64,000 bases of DNA from Armatimonadota bacterium (GCA_035686845.1 DASRZA010000252.1:2101-66100), one strand, 5' to 3'; positions 8,315-18,056 are shown, numbered from the stretch's first letter. The notes: generated from the sequence alone by a model not told the origin. Translations and numbers: made by a program.

Positions 8315-10177
8315 GTGGTAGATAGGAGCAGCTTAGAATACGGTCCGGAGTCCCGGCGGCAATTGTCGGCGGAATTCCGATTACTCTACGTTTCACTTCT
8401 TTCGGCCGCCATCGGCCTGGCAGCCGGTGGTGTGGCGTTTTTGCTTTACCGGCTCATCGGCCTCTTCACCAATCTCTTCTATTTCCAGCGGTGTTCTTTC
8501 GCGCTCACCCCTACTCGGATGAATCACGTCGGGCCCTGGATCCTGCTGATTACCGTAGGAGGCGGACTGGTCGTGGGGGTCATGGCGAAGTACGGCAGTT
8601 CCAAGATCAAAGGGCATGGCATTCCCGAGGCGATGGAAGCGGTGCTTGTGAACCGGAGCCGGATTTCCCCTCGAGTCGCCATTCTGAAACCGCTGTCGGC
8701 GGCAATCGCCATTGGGACCGGAGGACCGTTCGGCGCTGAAGGGCCGATTATTCAGACGGGCGGCGCCATCGGTTCGGTATTGGGTCAGATCATTCACACC
8801 ACGGCTTCAGAGCGGAAAGTGCTTCTCGCCGCCGGCGCCGCGGCGGGGATGTCGGCGACGTTCAATACGCCTATCGCGGGCGTGATTCTTTCGATTGAGC
8901 TGCTGCTCTTTGAATTCAAAGCGCGATCGTTTATTCCGCTCGTCATCGCGAGCACGTTAGCGACGAGCGTCCATTCCGAGCTGCTCGGGCCCGGTCCCAT
9001 GTTTCATGTTGGCGCGGTCAATTTTGGGCTGCCGTGGAATCTCCCCTATTATGTTGTTTTGGGTCTCATCTGCGGAGTCGCCGCCTTTGCGTTTAGCAAC
9101 TTGCTCTACTGGGTGGAAGACCAGTTTGAGCGGCTGCCCATTGACGACGTGTGGTGGCCGGCCATCGGCGCACTCGCGCTCGGGATCATTGGTTTATTCG
9201 TACCGCGGGTGCTGGGCGTGGGATACGACACCATCTCCGATATTTTGAACAACAGGCTGACGTGGGGAATCCTGCTGCTTGTCATGATCTGCAAGGCGAT
9301 AGCCCTCGTGGTCTCTCTCGGATCGGGGACTTCAGGCGGCCTGCTGGCCCCGATGTTTATGTGCGGCGCCGCGCTCGGGGGCGTGTTCGCCATAGCAGTC
9401 AATCATCTGATCCCCGGCGCCCATCTCTCTCCTGCGGCCTTCGCGCTCACGGGAATGGCGGCGGTGTTTGGCGCCGCGTCTCGCGCAGCCTTTACATTCA
9501 TCATCTTTGCGTTTGAGTTGACGCGAAACTATAACTCCGTGCTTCCGCTCATGCTTGTCTGTGTCATCGCCGATGGTGTAGGGCTTTTCCTCATGCATAA
9601 CTCGATTATGACCGAGAAGCTCGCTCGGCGAGGCCTGCGGATCCATCAGGAGTACGAAGCAGACGTCTTTCAACAGGCGAACGTGGCCGACGTGATGGAT
9701 CCGGACGTGCCGACTATTCCGGCGAGCATGACGGTTAATGAACTGGCGGGGCTGCTTGCGAAGCGCGACCCGCTGGTCACCCGGCATCATGGACTCTTTC
9801 TGATGGATGATCAGAACCGGTTGGTGGGTGTCATCACTCGTAATGACGTGATGCGGATCGTGGTGGATGCGCCCGAGTCGAAGTTGACTGTTCTGGACGC
9901 GGGGCAAAAGCGGGTACTGGTGACCTATCCCGATGAACCTCTGTACGACGCTGTGGGCCGGATGCTCTCGAATGACGTGGGCCGACTGCCGGTGGTGGAT
10001 CGGGCGGCGCCGACTCGAGTTGTGGGTTACTTGGGACGCCCGGAGGTGATGGCGGCCCGTCTCAGGCGCATGGAGGAGGAGCATGTCCGGGAACCGGGCT
10101 GGATCACGTCGATTCCCCGGTCGCGGAAGCGATCGCGGGAAGGGAGGGCAGCGAATACGAGCAACGGACACCGGTGA
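8315..10177 (+). CDS. ClC-family chloride channel / H+-Cl- antiporter with C-terminal CBS domain pair
   Basis: ClC signatures GHGIPEAMEAV, GAEGPIIQTGGAIG, GSGTSGGLLAPMFMCGAALG and ~10 TM helices. C-terminal CBS-like region (VMDPDVPTIPASMTV... GRLPVVD). GTG start. Confidence 0.85.
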   Translation: MVDRSSLEYGPESRRQLSAEFRLLYVSLLSAAIGLAAGGVAFLLYRLIGLFTNLFYFQRCSFALTPTRMNHVGPWILLITVGGGLVVGVMAKYGSSKIKGHGIPEAMEAVLVNRSRISPRVAILKPLSAAIAIGTGGPFGAEGPIIQTGGAIGSVLGQIIHTTASERKVLLAAGAAAGMSATFNTPIAGVILSIELLLFEFKARSFIPLVIASTLATSVHSELLGPGPMFHVGAVNFGLPWNLPYYVVLGLICGVAAFAFSNLLYWVEDQFERLPIDDVWWPAIGALALGIIGLFVPRVLGVGYDTISDILNNRLTWGILLLVMICKAIALVVSLGSGTSGGLLAPMFMCGAALGGVFAIAVNHLIPGAHLSPAAFALTGMAAVFGAASRAAFTFIIFAFELTRNYNSVLPLMLVCVIADGVGLFLMHNSIMTEKLARRGLRIHQEYEADVFQQANVADVMDPDVPTIPASMTVNELAGLLAKRDPLVTRHHGLFLMDDQNRLVGVITRNDVMRIVVDAPESKLTVLDAGQKRVLVTYPDEPLYDAVGRMLSNDVGRLPVVDRAAPTRVVGYLGRPEVMAARLRRMEEEHVREPGWITSIPRSRKRSREGRAANTSNGHR

Positions 10178-10199
10178 TTTTGCCGAAACAGAGAACGAG

Positions 10200-11345
10200 T
10201 TACCGGTTTTTCGCGCTGAGCTCTCGGTAGAGCCGGTCGTATCGCTCTAAGAATTGGGAAAGGGTGTAATCTCTCGCCACGAGTCGCTGGCCGTTTTCGC
10301 CCATCCTGCGGGCATCATCGGGCGCGGCGAGGAGACGTGAGACGCTGCCGACCAGCGCCTCGGGATCGGCGGGGGGCGATAATAGCCCATTCTGGCCGTG
10401 CTGTACAATGTCCTGGCAGCCGGCCACCGCGGTCACGGCGCATGGCAGCCCCCATGACATCGCTTCCAGAAGCGCATAGGGAAAGCCCTCCCACAGGGAC
10501 GCCATCGCGAAGGCGTCAGCGGCCTGGTAGGCAGCGCCCGGGTCCGCCAGGTAGTCGATGTAATGGAACGCGGAACCGAGCGACCGGCTCGCGGCAGCAA
10601 GAGCCTGGTCCTTCAACTCACCATCCCCTACCCATAGAAAATGGGCGTCGGGGAAGCCGTGGCGAACGGCGGCGGCCATGCGAATCCAGTCCAGCGGCGC
10701 CTTCTGCGCTCGAAGGTGGGCCACGCAAACAATCAACGGTCCGTCCTTCGGCAGGCGAAGCCGACGCCGGCTCTCCTCTCGCTCACGCGGGCCGGTCGGA
10801 ATCACGACACCATTCGGAATCATGCGGAGCCGACCAGCGGTTATCAGCCGGGCACGGCGGATCTCACGGGCCTCCGTCGGCGAGACAGCGACGATGGCGG
10901 TACTCAAGAACCCGCCAAATCGTTCGATCGTCCGGTAGATCGCCTGCTCCGCTGCCGGCATTCCGGAGTGAAATGGCAGCGAATGTGGCGAATAGATGCG
11001 GATCGGGACGCCGGCGGCCACTCCCGCCACTCGTCCCAAAATCCCGGCCTTGGCGCTGTGGCAGTGGATGATCTCAGGCCGCTGTTCGCGCAGCAGCGCA
11101 ATAATCCGGAGGAGAGCCCGCGCGTCCGCGAGTGGGGCAGCCTGGCGGCGCATCGGAATCACATCGATGCGGTGTCCGGCTTCCCGGAGCCGTCCGGCCG
11201 CCGCCGGCGCCCGCTTATCCCGACCCGTTGAGACGATGGCGCTCTGATCCCACTGCGGAAGCCCCGTCAAAAGCTCGGTGAGGTGCCGCCGGGTCCCGCC
11301 GGTGAACGCCTCCAGAATGTGAACAATGCGCCCGCGCTGCATCAT
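10200..11345 (-). CDS. glycosyltransferase family 4
   Basis: GT4 C-terminal motif EGFPYALLEAMSWGLPCAVTAVAG...NGLL and N-terminal GT-B Rossmann region. Confidence 0.8.
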   Translation of the reverse strand: MMQRGRIVHILEAFTGGTRRHLTELLTGLPQWDQSAIVSTGRDKRAPAAAGRLREAGHRIDVIPMRRQAAPLADARALLRIIALLREQRPEIIHCHSAKAGILGRVAGVAAGVPIRIYSPHSLPFHSGMPAAEQAIYRTIERFGGFLSTAIVAVSPTEAREIRRARLITAGRLRMIPNGVVIPTGPREREESRRRLRLPKDGPLIVCVAHLRAQKAPLDWIRMAAAVRHGFPDAHFLWVGDGELKDQALAAASRSLGSAFHYIDYLADPGAAYQAADAFAMASLWEGFPYALLEAMSWGLPCAVTAVAGCQDIVQHGQNGLLSPPADPEALVGSVSRLLAAPDDARRMGENGQRLVARDYTLSQFLERYDRLYRELSAKNR

Positions 11346-11440
11346 AGAGCCGCCTTCGGGAGATCGTGCGAGATATCACATTCAGCCGAGCGAACGCGTC
11401 CGGGAACTGAAGGTGCGATATCGGCTGTCCCCTATGATTC

Positions 11441-13468
11441 CTACCACGGCGCCATCGCGAGCATAATGAGGCGGCGGATGAGGGGCCAGAGCCGGCGCTC
11501 GAGGACCTGCAAAACAGTTTGCAGCTCTGCGATTTTGAGCCAGTACGCCGTAAGCGCGAAGGCGAAAAGGGCCGGCGCGGCGCAAGCCAGGAAAATGATG
11601 ACGGCTTTTCGTTTGCTGCCCGACTTCTTCGGCTTTTTTGTGGTTACCGGATGCGTCCCGGTCTTGCCCCCGACCGGACTGGTGATTGATGGATTAGTGG
11701 TTGTCGGGATCGTGACGGCCGAAGTCGCTGCGGCGGCCCGCATGGGTCGAAGCGTTGTCTCGGGCCGGTGATAAACGAACTTCAACGTCGCCCAGAGGAC
11801 CACGATCATCACGAAAGTCGCGACGGCCATCCGCGCGATAAAGCTGACGAGGCCTTTTAGATCGAGCCCTTCTAACCGCGGCGCGAGAACGCCCACAAGG
11901 ATAAAGTCTTTCACGGTTTTGGAGGCGGTGAAGGCGAGCGCCACACCGGTGGCGCCCCAGAGAAAATAGCGAGTCCCGAAATAGGCGACCAGCAGGTAAA
12001 CCACGAATGTGCCGTACGCGATAATCGTCGGAGTTTTGGTGTCCGACATGGAGAAGTAGATTTGCAGGATGACCGTTTCAATCCCTAGGGGCAGCATTCC
12101 GAGTGAGGACCAGACGAGCGGACCCACCACGCGGCCGGCATCGCTCGCCGTGAACTTGCCGCCAAGATAGACCGTCTCCACCATCGGATGCGCGAGCATA
12201 ATGTAAACGACAGTAATCGGGACCATCAGGAAGGTGATCATCTGCAGCGCCGAGAGCAGCGCCTGGCCCAGGCGGCGCCGATCACCCCGCGTGGCCATTT
12301 CGGCGAGAAAGGGGAAGAGCGCAATCGCCAGTGCGTACGGGATAAGCAGGAAAGGGAGGTTGGTCAGCTTGGTGGCAAACTTGAGCGCGGCGACTTGCGA
12401 TGATGCCCCGCTAAAGTAGATATCCAGCACCGGACGAACCGATGAGAGCAGGTTGCCCAACATCAGCGGGACCATGAGAATGAGCAGTTTCTTAAACGCG
12501 GGATCCTGAACATCCAGGCTCCATCGCAGCAGCCGCAGCCGAGGGCGCAGCCCGAAGAGGTGAACCGCCAGCTTTATGCATCCGCCGAGAACCAGGCCGA
12601 TGGCGAAAGCGTCGATTCCGATCCAGCGCCAGAGGGCGAACCCCCCGATGACAATGCCGGCCTTGAGAGCGGTATCGGCGAATGCCGGAAGCGCAAACTC
12701 CTTATAGGCGTTCAGCACCACATACGTGAGCGACGCGACGCTCATCGTGATCGCCGCCGGGAGCATGATCCGGAGCAAGTGAGTGGTGAGCGCCATTTCG
12801 CCTGCGGTAAATCCGTGAGTGATCCGGCCGACTATCTGCCGCGCGAAGAGCTCGGCCAATCCCACTACAAGCAGGAGCACGAGGATCTGGATAATGCCGA
12901 CGATGCTCGCCAGCTTCCAGGCGCTCTCTTCACCTCGCTTCTCCTTGCTCTCGACAAATGGGGGGAGGAACGAATGGGTGAGAAGCTGTTCGCCAAAACC
13001 GAAGATATTCCAGACGACGGTTCCGGCGGCGAAGTAGGATCCCGATATGCTCCCGCCGCCAAAAAAACGGGCGACCAGCCAGGCTTCCAAAAAACCGAGC
13101 ACGCGACCGAGCGCAGTGAAACCCGTGATGGCAAAGGAAGCTTTGCCCACCCGCTCCCGATGTCCGCCATCCCTCCGGCCATCGCCTTTGATCGCGCCGT
13201 TGGAAGCGCCGGCGCTCTCTGCCCGAGATTGGTCAACAACGTTGTCGAAGCCGTCCTCACCAGGCGCCAGCGTTGGCTGCTGATCGCTCCCTTGCGGAAT
13301 CACGTCGGGCGGATCGGGTACGATCGGATTGATCGGAGTCGGAGTCGGTTCGTCCGCGCGGGGACTGGCGCCATCCTCTGGGCGTTCTGACAAATGACTA
13401 CCTCTGCCTTGATCGATGGCGCGGATTTGCAGGGCTTCCCACCGGCCGCGTGATTGTCCGGACTTCAA
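11441..13468 (-). CDS. murJ: MurJ/MviN-family lipid II (or polysaccharide) flippase with low-complexity N- and C-terminal extensions
   Basis: Core LGRVLGFLEAWLVARFFG followed by ~14 TM helices typical of MviN/MurJ. ~100-aa Pro/Gly-rich N-terminal extension and a C-terminal extension with an extra TM (true start may be internal). Confidence 0.7.
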   Translation of the reverse strand: MKSGQSRGRWEALQIRAIDQGRGSHLSERPEDGASPRADEPTPTPINPIVPDPPDVIPQGSDQQPTLAPGEDGFDNVVDQSRAESAGASNGAIKGDGRRDGGHRERVGKASFAITGFTALGRVLGFLEAWLVARFFGGGSISGSYFAAGTVVWNIFGFGEQLLTHSFLPPFVESKEKRGEESAWKLASIVGIIQILVLLLVVGLAELFARQIVGRITHGFTAGEMALTTHLLRIMLPAAITMSVASLTYVVLNAYKEFALPAFADTALKAGIVIGGFALWRWIGIDAFAIGLVLGGCIKLAVHLFGLRPRLRLLRWSLDVQDPAFKKLLILMVPLMLGNLLSSVRPVLDIYFSGASSQVAALKFATKLTNLPFLLIPYALAIALFPFLAEMATRGDRRRLGQALLSALQMITFLMVPITVVYIMLAHPMVETVYLGGKFTASDAGRVVGPLVWSSLGMLPLGIETVILQIYFSMSDTKTPTIIAYGTFVVYLLVAYFGTRYFLWGATGVALAFTASKTVKDFILVGVLAPRLEGLDLKGLVSFIARMAVATFVMIVVLWATLKFVYHRPETTLRPMRAAAATSAVTIPTTTNPSITSPVGGKTGTHPVTTKKPKKSGSKRKAVIIFLACAAPALFAFALTAYWLKIAELQTVLQVLERRLWPLIRRLIMLAMAPW

Positions 13469-13534
13469 ACCCGGAGGCTAAATCGTGAGTATTTCGCAGC
13501 GGCGCATTCACGTTCATTACCTTCGGCTGTTGGT

Positions 13535-14752
13535 TCATCTCCCCGCCAACTCCTCTTGCAATATTTTCATCAACGGATCGGCGCTCCGGTTAAATTGGCG
13601 CTCCACCCGGTCACGTCCCACCCTTGCCAGCGACCGGCGCTCCTCCGGGCGGTTGAGAAGCCGGCCGATTTCGTCGGCGAGCGATTCTGGGTCATCCGGT
13701 GGAACCAGTCGCCCCGTCTCGCCATGCGAAATCAATTCCGTAATGGCGCCCACGGGCGTGGTCACCACCGGAACCCCGCACGCCAGCGCTTCAACCAGCA
13801 CGTTGGGCAATCCATCCTGATCCCCGTCCGCCGCCACACGGCAGGGCAACACAAAGAGCGCCGCCCGCCGGTAAGCCGCCAGCGCCCCAACCTCGTCACA
13901 CGCGCCCCTCATGAATACCCGATCTTCGAGCGCCAGGTTCCGAATTAGGTTCTCAAGCGCGGTCCGGTCCGGCCCGTCGCCCAGTATCTCGCACTCAAAC
14001 GCGACTCCTCGATCTCGTAAACGAGCGCAGGCCCGGATGAGCGCGTCAATCCCCTTCTTCGGAACTAAACGGCCGATAAAGAGCAGAGCCGGCGGCCCGG
14101 TGTTACCGGGACTTCCGGGCGCAAACCGTTCCAGATCCAGCGTATGGTATACCAGATGGATATGCTCGTCCGAAATTGCAAAACGGCTGCTGACCAGGCG
14201 GGCGCTCTCCGCCGTACAGGTTAAGACGAACTGCGCCGCGGATACGTTTCCCGCATAGAATGGGTCCAGACGCCGCAGATCGCTGCCATGAACCGTGATA
14301 CTAAAGGTTACCCCGAGAAGGCGCGCCGCAACCCGGCCTACAAGAGCCGGAGCGCCCAAAAAGTGGGAGTGGACATGACGTACACCCGCATTGCGGAACA
14401 GCCCGGCTGCCCATGCCGCCGATGGCAGTAAACTCCGGAGCGTACGCAATTCCGGATGCCCCATTCCCTCCCTGATCGCCCTGATCGCCTCGCGCCAGAA
14501 TAAGGGCCGCAGCAGATTGGGACCCGCAGTCTGCCAGAACTCCAGGCGCCAGGGTGAAGGTCGATAGTGGGTTGACCGGACCAGATCCTGCCATTCGGGG
14601 CGGACTTCGATCGGCCGATGAAGCGCCGCGACGCTGATGCGGGAGCCTTCTGCTCGTAGCCGTTCAATCTCCCGCAGAATAAATGTCTCCGAAACAGCCG
14701 GAAACCGGTCCAGCAGGTATCCGATATGCGGAAGCGCAGCCCTCTTACTCAT
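13535..14752 (-). CDS. glycosyltransferase family 4 (WcaL-like)
   Basis: N-terminal IGYLLDRFPAVSETFILREIERL and C-terminal GT4 motif DGLPNVLVEALACGVPVVTTPVG. Confidence 0.8.
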   Translation of the reverse strand: MSKRAALPHIGYLLDRFPAVSETFILREIERLRAEGSRISVAALHRPIEVRPEWQDLVRSTHYRPSPWRLEFWQTAGPNLLRPLFWREAIRAIREGMGHPELRTLRSLLPSAAWAAGLFRNAGVRHVHSHFLGAPALVGRVAARLLGVTFSITVHGSDLRRLDPFYAGNVSAAQFVLTCTAESARLVSSRFAISDEHIHLVYHTLDLERFAPGSPGNTGPPALLFIGRLVPKKGIDALIRACARLRDRGVAFECEILGDGPDRTALENLIRNLALEDRVFMRGACDEVGALAAYRRAALFVLPCRVAADGDQDGLPNVLVEALACGVPVVTTPVGAITELISHGETGRLVPPDDPESLADEIGRLLNRPEERRSLARVGRDRVERQFNRSADPLMKILQEELAGR

Positions 14753-14779
14753 GTCGCTTATTCTATCACAGGCTCCGGC

Positions 14780-15931
14780 TCAGGCTCCCGCATCCTCGAC
14801 TGCCTGCCATACCACCGCGGTCGTGCGCTCCCAGATAAAACGACGAGCGCGCTCGAGACCAGCGGCGTTAAGCCGGTCCCTGAGCGATGGGTCGGTTAAT
14901 ACCTGCTCCAGCGCGCGGGCGAACGGCTCTGGTGAACCCTCCGCCAGGACCGCGGCGTCTTGCAGATTCTCACGCAGCGCCGCGCCGTTAACGCCGACGA
15001 CCGGAGTCCCGCACGCCATCGCCTCCAACGGCGGTATCCCAAAGCCTTCTGCGGTCGAAGGCTGAGCGAGGAGCGCGGCTTCGCGATAGAGATCCACCAG
15101 CCGCTCGGTCTCCACGTAACCGAGGAACCGCACCCTCTCGGCAATCCCGAGCCGGGCCGCGATTTCAACTAATTGCGGCCGCAGCCCGCGATCTTTGCCG
15201 GCCAGGATCAGTGTTAAGTTCGGCTGCCGGGCGAACAAATTCCCGCAGGATTCTATCAAGAGACGGAGGCCCTTTCGCTCCTCGAGATTGCCAACATAGA
15301 GGATGTAGGGAACGACGCCAGGCTCATTACTCTGCGCGTCCCGCGGTGTGAACCATGGATCGACGCCGAGCGGCGCCACAAACGCGCGGCGTCCAAATCG
15401 CCGCTCCACTTCGAGCTGCACGGCTCGAGTGGGCGTGATAAGCGCACGGGCCCGCCGGATGGTGGGCGGCAGGAGCAGCCGGTAGTGAAGATAGTTCTCC
15501 AACCGGGTCTGCCTCAGATTCAGCCCATGGAGATCATGAACGAAGGTTACGGCAGGGCAGGGGGAGAGCAGTGGCATGACGTACGCCGGACAAAACAAAA
15601 CGTCGGCGCGCCACCGCCGCAAGATCCAGGGCAGTTCCACCTGCTGCCAAAAGATGCGGCGCATCCGGCGCGCGCCGGAGAACGGAAGAAAACAGGCGCG
15701 GGACGCGGGGCGCGGGGCGTGCGGCGCCGGGCGCGGGGCGCGGGGCGCGGGGTTGCTGTCGTCCGTCCTCCGTCCTCCGTCCTCCTCGAACCCGGGCCAG
15801 TCACCGGGGACGAAGATCCGTATTTGATGGCCGCGCGGGTCTGCGAGGAGCCGGCGGATCACGCGGTCGGCGGTCTTCTCCACGCCCGAGTAATGTCCCC
15901 AGAGGACGCTCCCGTCAATGGCGATCTTCAT
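14780..15931 (-). CDS. glycosyltransferase family 4 carrying an in-frame 34-codon low-complexity insertion encoded by heptanucleotide repeats
   Basis: GT4 motif EGFGIPPLEAMACGTPVVGVNGAAL. The N-terminal domain is interrupted by FEEDGGRRTDDSNPAPRAPRPAPHAPRPASRAC, encoded by 15692-15793. Confidence 0.75.
   Translation of the reverse strand: MKIAIDGSVLWGHYSGVEKTADRVIRRLLADPRGHQIRIFVPGDWPGFEEDGGRRTDDSNPAPRAPRPAPHAPRPASRACFLPFSGARRMRRIFWQQVELPWILRRWRADVLFCPAYVMPLLSPCPAVTFVHDLHGLNLRQTRLENYLHYRLLLPPTIRRARALITPTRAVQLEVERRFGRRAFVAPLGVDPWFTPRDAQSNEPGVVPYILYVGNLEERKGLRLLIESCGNLFARQPNLTLILAGKDRGLRPQLVEIAARLGIAERVRFLGYVETERLVDLYREAALLAQPSTAEGFGIPPLEAMACGTPVVGVNGAALRENLQDAAVLAEGSPEPFARALEQVLTDPSLRDRLNAAGLERARRFIWERTTAVVWQAVEDAGA
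15692..15795. repeat. heptanucleotide-periodic repeat tract ((GCGGGGC)~7 then (CTCCGTC)3) inside the GT4 coding sequence
   Basis: ~13 consecutive 7-nt units in register: gcggggc x2, gtgcggc, gccgggc, gcggggc x2, gcggggt ... gtccgtc, ctccgtc x2. Total length keeps the reading frame. Confidence 0.7.
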
Positions 15932-15957
15932 AGGAGTTCAGAGCGCCTCATGGTACC

Positions 15958-17094
15958 TCATCCGATCACGACTCGATAAAGCTGTTCGACGCGGCGCGCG
16001 TGTAAGGTGGAAGAATAATGGGATTCGGCGCGCTGGCGGCCAGCCGCCCCCATCGCCCGGCGTCGGCTGGGGTCTCCAGCAAGCGCTAAGATCGCGGCGC
16101 TGAGGGCCGCCGTATTTCCCGGGGGGATAAGAAGTCCCGTCTCGCCATCGACGACGGTTTCGGCCGCGCCCCCGGCGCCGGCCGCGATGACGGGCACGCC
16201 ACATGCCATCGCTTCAACCGGAACGCGTCCGAATGCCTCATCAGCGGCGGGGTGAATGAGTAGATCCAGCGCGGATAACAGCGTAGGCACGTCTCGAATC
16301 CAGGGCATAACTCGACCGATGCCGGCTAGTTCCGCTGCGTACCGTTCCCGCAGCGCCGGCCCTTCTCCAGGGGGCGGAGCGCCGCAGAGAATAAAGAAGA
16401 GGCGCGGGTCTCGCTTCGCGGCTTCTTTCGCGGCCGCGAGGAAATGCTCGACGCCTTTCCACGGAACCCACTGGCCAATCATACCGGCGATGATGCCGTC
16501 AGTGGGAAGCGTGAGCGACCGCCGCGCCGCGATGGAATCGGCCGGTCGGAATCGGGTCAAATCGATGCCATTGGGGATCATGCTCACCGGGCGATCGGGG
16601 TGACCGGGCAGGAATCGCCAGGAGCGGGCTGAATCCTGCAGCCGCCGCACCACCGCATCCGAAGGAGCGATGCAGCGATGTGAGAACGCCGCCGCAACCC
16701 CGTCGAATCGCTCTGATCCCGCGAGATCTCGCGCGTGCCAGATAAGCGGGACGTGCAGACAGGTTGCGGCGATCCGGGCGGGGATCCATGCCGCACGACC
16801 GTTTGCATGAATGATCGCCGGGCGTGCATTCAGGGCTGCGAGGGCGAGGCGCGCTCCGGCGATAACCGTCTGGCCCACCAGAAAAGCGGCGCCGGCCGGC
16901 CCGCGGGAGCGGGCGCTCGAAACCGGCAGACAAAGAGGAATCCAGCAGGCCGAAGGCGCCATGCGGGCAATTAGCGGCGGCCCGGCCAGCCACGGTTCCC
17001 AGGCCGCCTTATCTAACTCTTCAATAAGACCGGCAAGACTTTGCTGCGCCCCGCCCGGAAACGGCGCTGCGTCTACGTACAGGATTCGGAACAT
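15958..17094 (-). CDS. glycosyltransferase family 4
   Basis: GT4 motif DEAFGRVPVEAMACGVPVIAAGAGGAAETVVDGETGLLI. Confidence 0.8.
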   Translation of the reverse strand: MFRILYVDAAPFPGGAQQSLAGLIEELDKAAWEPWLAGPPLIARMAPSACWIPLCLPVSSARSRGPAGAAFLVGQTVIAGARLALAALNARPAIIHANGRAAWIPARIAATCLHVPLIWHARDLAGSERFDGVAAAFSHRCIAPSDAVVRRLQDSARSWRFLPGHPDRPVSMIPNGIDLTRFRPADSIAARRSLTLPTDGIIAGMIGQWVPWKGVEHFLAAAKEAAKRDPRLFFILCGAPPPGEGPALRERYAAELAGIGRVMPWIRDVPTLLSALDLLIHPAADEAFGRVPVEAMACGVPVIAAGAGGAAETVVDGETGLLIPPGNTAALSAAILALAGDPSRRRAMGAAGRQRAESHYSSTLHARRVEQLYRVVIG

Positions 17095-18056
17095 AATTCC
17101 TGAATCCAGACAAGAGTTTCACGGACGACCTCTCGCTTCCAGGCAAGAGAATAGAAGGCGTGATTGGAACCCTCCACAACGTGAATCCGTGCGTGTTCGA
17201 CGAAAGCGGCGCCGACACGGGCGTAATAATCGATCGACTCCTGCCTTTCGGGATCGGCGCCGCCGTAAACGAAGAGCGCCGGGGTCGTGAGCGTCGAAAG
17301 CGCCAGTTCGTACGTCCGTTCATCGGGCTTTGGTCCGGCCCAGTCGGTCTCAGCCGTGGAACCGGCGCTCGCGCCTCGCAGTTTCCGCGCGTCGCCTCCC
17401 TTCAACACTCTTAAAATCGTGCGCGGTTGGAGCTGCCCATGCGCCAGTTTGGCCCAGGTCCGGGAATCGAAGAGCCGGGCGCCATAGACCTTAAGCAGGC
17501 TGATCAGCCTGCGCTTCGATCGTGTGGACCGAACGGTTGGGGCAGTCGCGCCGCTGTCCGACGCAGGAACCGGGTCGGGGTGAAGCGGAGGCGGGGACCA
17601 GAGCGCCATACCGGAGAGCGCCGAGATCCCCGGGGCCGCGCCCAGGGCGACTTGCGCTCCAGCGCAGATTCCGATCAGCAGGATTGACTCAACCCCCGTT
17701 TTCTCGCGGAGGTATTGCGCGGCGGCGCGGGTATCCTCGACCATTGTTCCGATGTGCGCTGATCGCTGCTCGCCACCGCTATCCCCGCGGCCGCGAAAAT
17801 CAAAACGGAGAGCGGGGAAACCGGCCGCCGCAAGCACCCGTGCCATCGACACCAGAATGCCGTGCGGGCCAACGCGTGTTCCCGACCAGCCGCCGAGCAG
17901 CACGACGCCAACCGTCTTCCGCGCGTCCGGTTTTCGAGGGTTCGTCGGAAAGGGCCGGTGTATTATCCCATAAACCGGCAGCGTGGATTTCTCGCCCACG
18001 CCAAAGCAGACCAGGTCCTCAGCGATCGCGGTGTGCTCGGGGAGAGCCGTGGTCAT
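17073..18056 (-). CDS. alpha/beta-fold hydrolase with a Cys in the nucleophile-elbow position (G-I-C-A-G)
   Basis: Alpha/beta hydrolase core VVLLGGWSG...LIGICAGAQVALGAA. Start ATG (18054-18056) overlaps the stop of the upstream HEAT gene (ATGA). Confidence 0.6.
   Translation of the reverse strand: MTTALPEHTAIAEDLVCFGVGEKSTLPVYGIIHRPFPTNPRKPDARKTVGVVLLGGWSGTRVGPHGILVSMARVLAAAGFPALRFDFRGRGDSGGEQRSAHIGTMVEDTRAAAQYLREKTGVESILLIGICAGAQVALGAAPGISALSGMALWSPPPLHPDPVPASDSGATAPTVRSTRSKRRLISLLKVYGARLFDSRTWAKLAHGQLQPRTILRVLKGGDARKLRGASAGSTAETDWAGPKPDERTYELALSTLTTPALFVYGGADPERQESIDYYARVGAAFVEHARIHVVEGSNHAFYSLAWKREVVRETLVWIQELCSESCT

Noticed and set aside
9332-10171. 279-aa minus-strand ORF
   Set aside because: Antisense to the well-supported ClC channel gene. 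Arg/His-rich low-complexity translation.
10163-10210. Possible terminator between convergent ClC and GT4 genes (ACCGGT ... ACCGGTTTTT)
   Set aside because: Arms are a 6-bp self-palindrome separated by ~32 nt, so no stable stem can be drawn. Left unannotated.
10337-11071. 244-aa plus-strand ORF (and 10641-11231)
   Set aside because: Antisense to the GT4 gene 10200-11345. Arg/Ser/Pro-rich junk translation.
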